Source of the DNA: Macrostomum lignano
Taxonomy: Eukaryota
Length of the DNA: 64,000 nucleotides
Assembly: GCA_002269645.1 (NCBI GenBank)
Contig: NIVC01001518.1
Span: 211,095-275,094, forward strand
Direction: 5' to 3'
Position numbers and translations under genes: made by a program
In this document: positions 1 through 10,178 of the stretch, in pieces
Layout of the letters: every line of letters starts with the position of its first letter
Numbering within the stretch: position 1 is the first letter of the stretch
Notes under the pieces: generated by a model
What the model was told of the DNA's origin: nothing
Database searches by the model: none
Seen by the model: the letters and a program-made list of their open reading frames with translations, nothing else

Positions 1-398
1 CAACGTCTCCATTGAGTATCCAGTCAACGCCAGATTAGGATATTTTCTCATAAGATTATGGAATGTGAATAGCCGCTCGGCAAACTTTATCCCAATGTCC
101 AACCGCTTGGCCGCCACTTCTGTGCTCACCCCTAGTTGATTTTTCAGTTCGGCCAGAACTTCAGCCTGCTTTTTCCTGGCCAAACAGCTAAGTGTTTCTA
201 TCTCGGCGATGGACATTTCAAGGGTGTTGAATTGCAGTCGTTTGCCGTCCACATCAGCTTGAACAGGTCCCATACAAAGATTTTTAGCCTCGGAGAACCT
301 AAAGGAAAGAATATTGGATCATAATGTGAATAAGGTCAAAGGTTTGCTTGCAAAAATATCCAATCTATGTCCAATTTCTAAAAATAAGCAAGACTTAC

Positions 399-679
399 CT
401 CGTTTTAATCACCAGCTGTTCGTTTTTTATTGAATTAATTTTTTGCTTCAAGCGAGCTAAAAACCGAGCTTTCCGGTCTTCTTTATCTTGAGTACAAGAT
501 TTCTCTTTCTCCGAACGCTCTTTTCTTATAGAATTTACGTCTACTTTTTGTAAAAATTTTAAAAGTAAAGCTCTTTCGTGATTTTCTAGATTAGCAATGG
601 CGATTGCCGTACTGGCGGAATCTTTACTACTAATACTCCTTAGCGTATTCAGAATTTTTACAGCGTCGCTGGAACTCAT
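399..679 (-). CDS. Putative first coding exon of an unknown Lys/Glu-rich protein (MSSSDAVKIL...); a second exon may start at 298
   Basis: 93-codon open frame ending at an AG|GTAAGT donor (398); pyrimidine-rich acceptor at 299/298; upstream TATA and CCAAT. No recognisable domain. Confidence 0.35.
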
Positions 680-699
680 GACAAGGCGGAGCGGACCCT

Positions 700-761
700 G
701 CCGGCGGGGTAGGCGGGCTGGGGCGAGGGGCGGTGTGAATCGGCTGTTTATATACCATTGG
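700..761 (-). promoter_or_regulatory. Pol II-like core promoter: CCAAT, TATATAAA and a GC-rich tract upstream of ATG 679
   Basis: Minus strand reads CCAATGG-TATATAAA (754-747) followed by CCGCCCC-rich sequence about 70 bp before the ATG. Confidence 0.35.
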
Positions 762-1153
762 TGTGGGCTCGGGAATCCATGGATTCTAGAATATTCTAGA
801 ATAAGGGAAACCCACAGATTTTCTACTTATAGCCAGTATTTTCTATTAATGGTTGATTGGGGTTGCCTGGGAAAGATCTAGGAAGACTGCTGAAAGAGTT
901 GGGGGGTTGAGAAGGTTGGGGGTTTAAACAAGGAACTAAATGGGCGTTTCTGAAGCTAGGCAAGGGATCCTTTGAGCTAGTTAAGGCTTGAGCTGGGCAA
1001 GCTTTTTCTCTATGCTGCACACGCCGCTCGCGCTATGATAAGAAACAGCTGCCATACCCATTCCGCTATCACCCACCCACCACACAGCAAAATACCATGC
1101 GTAAAAATATCTATTAATGCAGTCTTAGTCTTAAAGCGTATTGTAGCGACATT

Positions 1154-1393
1154 CTACAATTGCCTAATGATTTCTGCAAAGTTATAGTAGCTGTCGTAAT
1201 CTTTTACGTAGGTTATTCCATACTTATGAAACCAGTGTCTTTGGAGAGCTAGATTAATATTAGGGACATTGATATCAACGTCGGGCCAATATTTTCTCAT
1301 GTATTCGCTGCATTCAAGTTTGCATTGGTACTTACTCTTGTAATTAGGCTCGTGCGCTTTGTAATAAGAACCTGGAGAGACAGCTGGAAACAT
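1154..1393 (-). CDS. Short orphan ORF or gene fragment (79 aa, Tyr/Lys-rich)
   Basis: 52 bp near its 3' end (1156-1207) recur at 4339-4390 with two substitutions, both synonymous in this frame; its start lies in the dispersed cassette shared with 18.5 kb. Confidence 0.35.
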   Translation of the reverse strand: MFPAVSPGSYYKAHEPNYKSKYQCKLECSEYMRKYWPDVDINVPNINLALQRHWFHKYGITYVKDYDSYYNFAEIIRQL

Positions 1394-1859
1394 TTTTTTT
1401 ATTGAGAATTTAATTTTTTCTCAAAGGGTGAGGACCCTGCGCTGATGATTTAAAGTCTTTGGGATCTGATTTCGCCGCTTCGGATTGAATGTGGGCCCCA
1501 TGGGGAGAAGAATGCAGATTTTTTTCTGATTGTTTCGAAGATGCTATGGGTGGATGTCAGTGGATTATGTCAGTGTCAGTGAGCATAACAGGTGTCCACT
1601 GTCTGATTCTGTCGGGGATAATATGGATGGATTTAATAGGATTATGTTCGAAGTTTTCAGAGCAAGTGCGACCGCTCCCCTTTTTCAAGATTCTGTCAGG
1701 GATAATATGGATGGATTTAGGTGGATTATGGAGGATGTTTTGTGAGCGAGTGCGACCCCCCTTTTTTCTGATTCTGTCAGGGATAATACGGATGGATTTA
1801 ATGGGATTATGGAGGAGGTGAAAAATTTTGTCCCAGAAGCCCCCTCATGCATTCTACTC
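1362..1859. repeat. Dispersed ~500-bp cassette, copy 1, with internal ~83-bp tandem units (GATTCTGTCAGGGATAATATGGATGGATTTAATGGGATTATG...)
   Basis: Colinear match to 18501-19038, including shared ends TAATA(A/G)GAACCTGGAGAG and GCCCCCTCATGC-TTCTACTC. Confidence 0.85.
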
Positions 1860-2448
1860 GTCTGCATTGTCGGCAAATGGGGTTTCTCTTTTAAGGCGTT
1901 TTACAGTCTCCAAACACTTATCTCTTCCAATCTCGGCGGCTCTCCGCCTCGTTATTATTGTAGCAAGTCCTGCCATCTCGTCAGCTTGAGCAAGGAATTA
2001 TAGGCGTGGTAGAGTGTGGTAGTGGAAAAAATGCAGTGCTGAGGAGAAATTAAATGTAGTCCCATTATATTAGGTAAAGGAGGAGGGGGGGGAGTATTTG
2101 GATTGTTAAGAAAGAGAGTGCGTGACTGGAGGTGGAAAGAGATTTTCAGTACAGTGGAACCCGCGCAGTGCAGCTAGAGGAATAGAATAGGTAAGTTTCC
2201 TATTTCAGGACAATAGAGACTGCATACTTTTTCATGTTATGGAGAGGAATTGAATAGGTAAGTTCCCTTTTTGAAGACAATAGAGACTGCGTACATCGAA
2301 AATGCATTTCCCAGTATTTGAGGCAGTTTTCCGACAGTTTTCCGACAGTTTCTGTTGAGCAAAAAAATTCTGACAGTTTGTCAGATACTTGTCGCAAACA
2401 AAAACCCAATATCTACTAATAGTAGTCCTCCCTTTTCAAGAACAATAG

Positions 2449-2658
2449 AGTAATGTACACAGAGTACACTTAGCAGTAATAGTCGAAGACCAGAGAGAGT
2501 GAGCTGGAGGACAGATGCTGGTAGAGAAACCAAATCCAGTGAAAAGAGTTGTATTGAGTAATAAGGAGATTCACGAGATTGTGCTACAGTTTGAGACTGA
2601 AGATGGGATGGGTGTTGATTTCAACGGTGAAGAGTTTGTATTGACGTTGATCATTTAG
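2449..2658 (+). pseudogene. Degenerate fragment resembling the C-terminal half of a Polinton/Maverick-type minor capsid (penton) protein
   Basis: Reads ..LAVIVEDQRE*AGGQMLVEKPNPVKRVVLSNKEIHEIVLQFETEDGMGVDFNGEEFVLTLII*. The I-x-x-I-x-L-x(4)-D-G-x-x-VDFNGE-x(3)-LTL pattern was recognised by eye; in-frame TGA at 2500; no N-terminal half. Confidence 0.4.
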
Positions 2659-4919
2659 AGAATGTAAGAAATCACAATTGTAGTAGGGGGGTTTAGTTCA
2701 AGCAGTTTTGCTAAAGGCGTTTGCTATTCGTCGGGATGAATTATTTTAGTAGCATGAAGTCTAGAATAAGCAGTTTTGCTTTTACGCTACTGACAGTAGT
2801 TCACCCTCGGGGAAATATCTGAAGTTGTGGGAATTCGAGTATTAGTATTCGAGTTTCAATCCTGTGAAACTTGTCTCTGCCTGTCTGAAAGCTTGTAATG
2901 AGTTAGTAGGCTGGGTTGGAGGGTAATAGTGGATCGGGAAGGGCTGTGGGTAGCTGTATAGGAAGGCAGGCCTATACCTGTACCAAGGTGCTCTGACGGT
3001 ATCCCTCAGGCGCCCTCTGAGCGTACAGCCAGCGACCCTATTAAAGCTGGAGTGTGCCAGAACCAGGACTGAGTCTGAGCAGGACGAGACCGTTGGCACG
3101 GTCACAATAGAAATGGCGGGTTGGCGAAGCAAAGGGTGAAATAGTCCCGGCGATTAGCCCTCCTGCCGCTTCAAAGATAAGAGACTGTCTGTTGGCAAGA
3201 GTACCCGGGGTTTAGTTGGGGGGAGGCTCCTTCGGGTTGCCACGGCCGTGGGGAGCGGTCAAATGACCGGCATTGGCTTTTCTAACCCAGGAGTAGGCAC
3301 GGGCTTCCCTGAATGGTTCTCTCAACCCCCACTGGCCTCGGGGAGGTTTATGATTTGTACCCGGGGGTAGAGGGGCGGTCGGCCCCAGCATGGTTGCCAC
3401 GGCTCTAGGCCTTCGGGCCATCTCTAATAGGCTAAGGGGCTTTCTAACCTGGTCTGTGGGCACGGGCTTCCTGACTGGTTCGTCGAACCGCTACTGTCCC
3501 CCGGGGAGGTTTGGTTTTTTTGATACTGCCCTGTACAGTCCTCTATAGTCTAACTTGGCTTTTAGTGTACATTAGTACACTCCCAATCAGGAATCTAATT
3601 TATCTCTAGTGGCGTAAGAGCCTTTTTACTTAGGCTGAGGCGCCGGAAGCACTTATCATAGTCATATCATAGTCTCGGCAAAAGCATCCGTTCGGGACAA
3701 TCAGTCTAGCATCCGTTCAGGACCGTCCATCAGGACAATATTTCAGAGACTAAGTCTCAAAGCACAAACTCAAATATAAGGGAGTCTCCCCTTGTATAAA
3801 GATAGAAATACTAAAAATTCTAAAACAGAAATTAAGGGTAAGTTTAGGGTAAAATAGGAAGGCTAAGAAGGAGTCTACCACTTAGTCAAAACGGAGTCTA
3901 CCGAAGAATAGGAATAAATTAAGTAACATAGGGAAAGACTAAAGGAGTCTACCATTGGTCTAAATAGGACATCGGAGTCTACCGAAGTGCTAACATAGGA
4001 CCTAATTGTGTACTTTCTTTGCATATTTGGTTTAATAATATTTCTTTTGTTTGCTTGATTTAAATAATCTTATATGAAATTGACTCTTGTCTCACTTATT
4101 TTAATTTAACATTAATTATAAGGGGCATTAGTCTGGTGGCAGCGACCTACCAAATAAAAAGTACGTAATAGCAGATTAGTAGAGCAAAGTAATCTAGATC
4201 GTAACAACTATTCATTCAAGTTAAGGTAGCTAGTAAATCTTCTAGCTTAATCTAAGCCCGGAGTCTCTCGAGCTCAGATTAATCAATTTAAAGAAACCAG
4301 TAAACCAGTAGCCTAAACCGCAGGTACCACGCTTGTCCACAATTGCCTGATGATTTCTGCAAAGTTATAGTAGCTGTCATAATCTTTTACATGATTATGA
4401 CAGTGACCGTTAATTTCAAAAAAAACTTTTCACCCTACTTTAAGTAGTAAGTTGAGGGTACGTAAACTTTTTTACTTTATATATGCTCTTTCCCTATTTG
4501 ATACAATAGCTGCACTTGGCATTCTTCTGTGAACAATAGATTTATTCACTAAACTCATATAAATGTATCATTAGTTATCTTTTAATAACTAGATGTATTT
4601 TAGCACAGAAACTGAGATATCTTGTGAAGTTATTCTAGCTGCTACTAAACCAATACTTTATGCCATATATTTAGTTTGTCATAATGCTTACTAAAGGAAT
4701 ATACACTTATTTGAATTATAGTATAAAAAATTTTTGTATTACCCGTAAACAAAACACGTCAACATTGTTACTGAAAGTACAGCAAAGCCAAAAATATTAG
4801 AATATTAGAACATAAAATTCGAGTATACAAAAAATTCAGCCAGAGCTGCTGAATGATGTAAACATGCTATTAAAGATATGTGTAAGCCCTACATGTATAT
4901 TAAACAGACTTTTACTAAG

Positions 4920-7512
4920 TTAAACACTGCTGCAAGAAGACTCCGACGTCTCATCGATGTCCGTCCTCGTTTGCTTTTTTCGCCTTTTTGTAGCTTGCTG
5001 CTTTTTCGAGCTGGAACCCCTTTTTTTGACTGAGACTGGCGTCGGAAACTCCTTCTCGGCACCATGTGCGGAAGCGCTAGAATTTGTGCTGAGACGCTTG
5101 AAAGGAGGTCGCGGAACTCTTGCAGCTGGACTAGAGCTGGCAGCTGCTGAGCCAGCATCACAGACAGCAGCACTCTTTCTCCTATGTGAGCGCCCTCCAA
5201 GTCGGTCAGCACCGTGCTTCAGCTGCTGTTGGACTGTGCGGCTCACCGCGTCCATCGAGGCATCAGCTGGCCGGCCGTCCTCATAACCGGTGCCGTACAT
5301 GCGCGTGAAGGCCACTGGAGATTGAAATTTATCAAGATAAAGATTTAGTGACGCTGCACAGTTGGAAGCATCTTGCTCTTTATCTGGATTGCTAGAAACT
5401 ATTATCTGTTAAATTCCGTTAATCAGTTAAAATTAATCAGTTAAAATCTGTTAATCTGTTAAAATCTGTTTAAAACGCAGCTATATAAATTCGTAAAAGT
5501 GATCTTTATTTAAATTCATAATGGCAAGTATTCATGAGCAGCTACACTTTCTTACCTTGAATATGCTCGAGCAGCGTATTCTGGAAGGCTAGCGTCTTAT
5601 CAGTCGGCGGCATTTCAACACCACTCTCGAGGGCCCTACGCTGCAGGTCATTGCCGTTATAATTTACCACCGCCTGCATCTCCGGTGAAAGGCAGCAGTC
5701 TAGCATGGACCGGAGAGTGTCCTGCCATCGAGTGCGTCGGCAGAGGCGAAGAAGATTCCTCTGTGTGAAAGGAAATTGGAAAATTTGAATTTATAAGATC
5801 TGCATGCTCTATAAGTTTCCTAAACTAACTCAGCTACTTGCAGTAATGCAAACCGAAGCGCAGTACAAAAATAAAAACAAAATATAATATAAAGTATCTC
5901 ATATAAAATACATATGTATTCAACTCACTAAATCTGAAACGTGCTCAGATGACTGGTGCTGCGCAAAAATCGCATAATCAGCCCAGCAGCTGATGGGCCA
6001 GAAGGCTGATGCTGGTCTCTGGGCTTCAGGATCCATCAGCGCAGACAGCCGCTGCAATTCAGCAGCGACTCCGCTCATCTGATCAGTGAGATGATTCTGA
6101 TGCTCCTCGAGGCGGCTGCATCTCATTGCCAGTTCACGAAGAGTTGTGAGCTGAACAAATAAAATGCCTCGAAGGGAGTCCAGTGGCACATCCACAACTG
6201 ACCGGAATTGTTCTTCGAGTCTTTTTATTGCAGCTGGTCCGAACCGAAATGCCGGCTCCTGAGCAATATCAGCCGCAGCGGCGACTGGCTCTGCAGCAGC
6301 GGCTCTACTCGTACTCAGCCTTGGCTTTGGTGTAGGCATTTTGTCGCTCTCCACCGCCAACGGAGTCTTAGGTACAGTAGAAGCAGCTACTGGCGTCGCT
6401 AGAGCGTTCACCGGCGCCGTGGAAGCAGCTACTGGCGTCGCTGGAGCGTTCACCGGCGCCGTGGAAGCAGCTAATGGCGTCGCTGGAGCGTTCACCGGCG
6501 CCGTGGAAGCAGCTACTGGCGTCGCTGGAGCGTTCACCGGCGCCGTGGAAGCAGATACTGGCGTCGCTGGAGCGTTCACCGGCGCCGTGGAAGCAGCTAG
6601 TGGCGTCGCTGGAGCGTTCACCGGCGCCGTGGAAGCAGCTACTGGCGTCGCTGGAGCGTTCACCGGCGCCGTGGAAGCAGCTATTAGCGTAGCTGGATCT
6701 GGATCATTCACCGACGCCACAGGACTCGCAGAAGCAGCCTTCCGAATCTCGGTCAATGGAGCCGGATATTTGCTACTCGGTAGTGGCAACAATTGATTTT
6801 TAGTGCTCGGTAAAACTGTGTCCGGCAGCAAATAGGCGGAATCGTGGACGTGGTTCTCCTCAACATCGGCTCTCTGCTCAGAGTAGAAGCCGTCTGTGTC
6901 GGAGGCTGAACCCAGTGGCGCATGCTGTGGTTGGAATAAAAATAAAGTTCTGTTACTATAAGTGGAGGTTGAGGATTACTGGGATTTCGACCGAACTTGC
7001 ATTGGCATATAAGAAAACATCTCAAATCGAACTCTTGATCAACTTACTTTAGATTGGTACGAACGGCGCACCTGTCGAGCGTCAGATTGAGTTAAAACTC
7101 TAGGCTGCACGAGATTGAGAATCACAGATAGCTTATTTTTTCTAGCTAAAAGTTCCCGGACGTATCGAAAGGCCGTTGTCTCTATTTCATTGTCCAAGAT
7201 TACCTGTTAGTGTTAATTAAAATGTTAACATTCAGTAAATTTTGATACTCAGTCAGTAGTCAGTAAGCACTTTTTACTGCAATTTTTTATATTTTAATCA
7301 ATAGAATAAATTACATTGCGACTTACTTGGACTATTATGGCCGAAAAGTATTGGCCATCGTAAAATGCCTCGCAAAGCCATTTTTCCACCGCGTTCCGCT
7401 TATCAAGCCAGTCAGATTCACTGAGTTCATTAAGAGCTGGGGGCAGCTTGATTTTGTCTCTGCAAATCTCAATGACTTGTCTGTCCGCTTTAAACATAAT
7501 AAGAAACTTCAT
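4920..7512 (-). CDS. Transposon accessory protein (DUF4806-like, TnpA-type partner of the CACTA transposase), 5 exons: 7512-7327, 7203-7048, 6924-5929, 5760-5556, 5398-4920; ~673 aa
   Basis: All junctions are GT-AG and phase-compatible (0,0,0,1), total 2022 nt open. It contains a coiled-coil segment and the motif LRSMLDCCLSPEMQAVVNYNG...LAFQNTLLEHI, and lies head-to-head with the transposase. Confidence 0.7.
6377..6685 (-). repeat. In-frame 42-bp (14-aa, ASTAPVNAPATPVA) tandem repeat, ~7 copies, inside exon 3 of the accessory gene
   Basis: GTGGAAGCAG recurs at 6419, 6461, 6503 and so on. Confidence 0.95.
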
Positions 7513-7892
7513 ATTTGAAATTAAGAGCGTACAAGAATATTTAATAAATTTTTATGTATTATAAGTTAAAAGTCAAACTGATAATAAGCAAGCAAGCAGC
7601 TAAGTTAGCTAAGAAAAAACCAAGAGTAGATGCCAGCTTTGAGCGAATAAACCTGATTCTTTGTAGGTTTCTTAACTGCTTCTCCAATGATCATTGGCCT
7701 GCTATCCTATCCAATCCGAGACCGAGATCCCATTTCACAGCCCGATCTCCAATGCACTGTACACAAAGACTACTAGATAGTAGTGTATTCGTATGGCATG
7801 AATTTTAACTCCAGAAAGTTACGAGTGGCAACTAATGCTATTTTGTTATTTAGAAAGTTATTACTTAATTTATTCTTCATTTTGGTGAGAAA

Positions 7893-9887
7893 ATGAGTTC
7901 TGCACGAAGAAATGTACGAAGGAAGACGGACAAGTACCTGCTAGAAATGTTTCTAAATGATAATGTAGAATCAAGCTGCGACGCCACATCGAAGTCTGTG
8001 ATGACATCATTCGAAGTTTCCACTGCCGCTGCCTCAGCCTCACCTGAACGACTGCAAACTGAAGAAGCTTGCATTGAAGACTGTGTCATCCCCGATGAAT
8101 TGGAATCTGTGAGCAGCAGTAGTAACGACGGAAATAAAAGTGAAATTGAGAATGAGCCGGAAGATGACAATCGGTCCTTGGAGGAGAAATTGCTAGCTTT
8201 GCTCGTTCTACTGGTGACACTTCACAATGTGCCTCGAACAACAATGGAGTTTTTGATTTCCGGACTCCGATCTATTGGACTGCCTGCACCTGAATCTACA
8301 AGCAAGATTGAAGTACTTGCCAAAGCCGGAGAGCCATCAACTAAGTTGGAACTCATGGGAAGTGGACATTTCAGGTACATTTCGATTCAAAACAATCTCG
8401 AAGTTCTGCTTGGCCACAACCTTTTGCGACTCGACCCAGGAAGTGTAGAGGATGAGGGCACTACGAAAGTATATAGATTTGAAGCGACTTTAAATTGTGA
8501 TGGGCTACCTCTGTACTCTTCAAGTTCGTTTGGCTTGTGGCCAATATTAATGAAAATTCCTAAAGCTTTTGACCGACCCTTTCCGGTGGCTGTTTGGGCT
8601 GGCGTTGGAAAGCCTCCGCTTTTTGAATACCTGAAAGAGTTTTGCGATGAGGCTACTCGATTTCTCTCTGGGCCAGTCAATATTGGTGATTCGGTGAATA
8701 TCATGCTCACTACCATCTACTTTATCTGCGACTCACCGGCTCGCTCATTCTTGATGGCCACATTAGGGCACAACAGTTACCATGGCTGCAGCTATTGCAG
8801 AGCCACTGGGCCGTACGTTTCCAACAGAGTCACATTTGCTGTGACTGCCGGTCCAAGCAGATGCGGAGAGGTATACCGTGCTGGCGAAGAGACTAACCAG
8901 AAAACTAAATCCGGAGTTTTGTCACCTCTTTTGAGTCTCCCCAACATCGACTTTGTGCATTCTTTTCCTCTTGACTATCAACACGCCGTTTGCCTTGGAG
9001 TAGTTCGCAAGCTTATGCACTTCTTTTTTGGCAAGACAGACAGCAGGGGGAGTAGAATATCCCCAAATTCTCTGGGAATTCTCTCAGAGAGAATAGCCGA
9101 AATTGCCTGCTGGACACCATCTAACTTTCAACGGAGACCACGGCGTCTGGATAAGAACCTAAAGCATCTAAAGGCCACCGAATTGAGACAATATCTGCTA
9201 TACCTGGGACCTCTATTGTTTCTAGTCTTTGTCCGCGAAAGGTATTACAAAAATTTCTTACTTTTGCATTTTGCACTGTACGTCTACTCGACTAAGCGAC
9301 ACTCTGATCTATTGGATCAAGCAAAAAGGGCAATCGAGATCTTTGTTGAACAGATCCCAGAGTTGTATGGCCAGCGATCAGTCAGTTTCAACGTACATGC
9401 CATCCTTCACTTGGACCAATTTGTTCGACGGCTCGGCGATGTGAATCAGTTCTCGACCTTTCCTTTTGAGAATTATTTGGGAGCAGTTAAAAGGCGTATC
9501 AAGGTGACTAGATATGCAGCTGCACATTCCATCAAGCAGGTACTCAAGGTCCGCAACCTAATGCTGAAGGATCCAACTTTGCCGCCGGTAAAGTACAGAG
9601 CAAAGCGAGGCGACAACTGCTGTTTAGTGGGCAAGCTCTGCGTCCTCATCGAGGAAGTCAAACCAGACGGCAACGTGACTGGCAAGGTTCTGTAGCCTGT
9701 AGATAATATCTACACCTATCCATACGAGTCCTTAGTGCTTGGAATCGGCCAGTACCGAGTGACTGCAGCCAGCACGACTGGGAGACCATGTTCGAAGAGC
9801 TGGATAATTCCTAAAACTTGGACTGGCGACGATGGCATAAACGAAGAGCACTACTACGTCATACCGTTGGCAGGACATGATGAGTGA
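7893..9887 (+). mobile_element. CACTA/EnSpm (CMC)-type DDE transposase, intronless; 600-aa ORF to TAG 9693-9695, with the same frame open for 63 more codons to TGA 9885-9887
   Basis: Motifs LNCDGLPL, LWPILM, FICDSPARSF, GHNSYHGCSYC, FPLDYQHAVCLGVVRKL, KATELRQYLLY, FNVHAILHL and FPFENYLG are typical of animal EnSpm-like transposases. Element termini were not identified. Confidence 0.85.
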
Positions 9888-10066
9888 CTAATGACCACAG
9901 TGTGGAAGCGTAGCACCAGACTTGATTTAGATTGCATAACCATATTCTCAACTTTAATTGAGACTGATGCTGACTTGCCTGGGAAATTGATTATGTCATA
10001 ACTGCTTCGTGAGTGAGTGTTGAATTATATGAGTGCTACAATTTCATTTATAAATTCAATAAGATC

Positions 10067-10119
10067 TAGCCTAGAAGTGAACAGACTGGACTGCTAATGC
10101 AGCGACCTGGGTTCGAATC
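10067..10119 (+). pseudogene. tRNA-derived (Ser-GCT-like) relic or SINE head
   Basis: A-box-like TAGCCTAGAAGTG, anticodon-arm-like CTGGA-CTGCTAA-TGCAG and B-box GGTTCGAATC; no acceptor stem, so not a functional tRNA. Confidence 0.4.
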
Positions 10120-10178
10120 TTAGTAGTGAAAATTTTTTTATTAAAAGCTTTTATTAAAAAAACAATAAAGGACTAAAG

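Noticed and set aside
2152-2165. TA-CAGTGGAACCCGCG resembling a pogo/Tigger TIR start
   Set aside because: No matching inverted copy or transposase was found in the window.
2842-3513. Minus-strand ORFs as a retroelement gag, including a short duplication (3297-3350 / 3460-3513)
   Set aside because: No CCHC knuckle, protease, RT, LTR pair or PBS was found.
4400-10140. Candidate termini for the autonomous CACTA element (CAGTG 4400-4404, CACCCTAC 4431, CAGTG 9898-9902)
   Set aside because: None has a matching inverted partner or TSD, so the element boundaries are left undefined.
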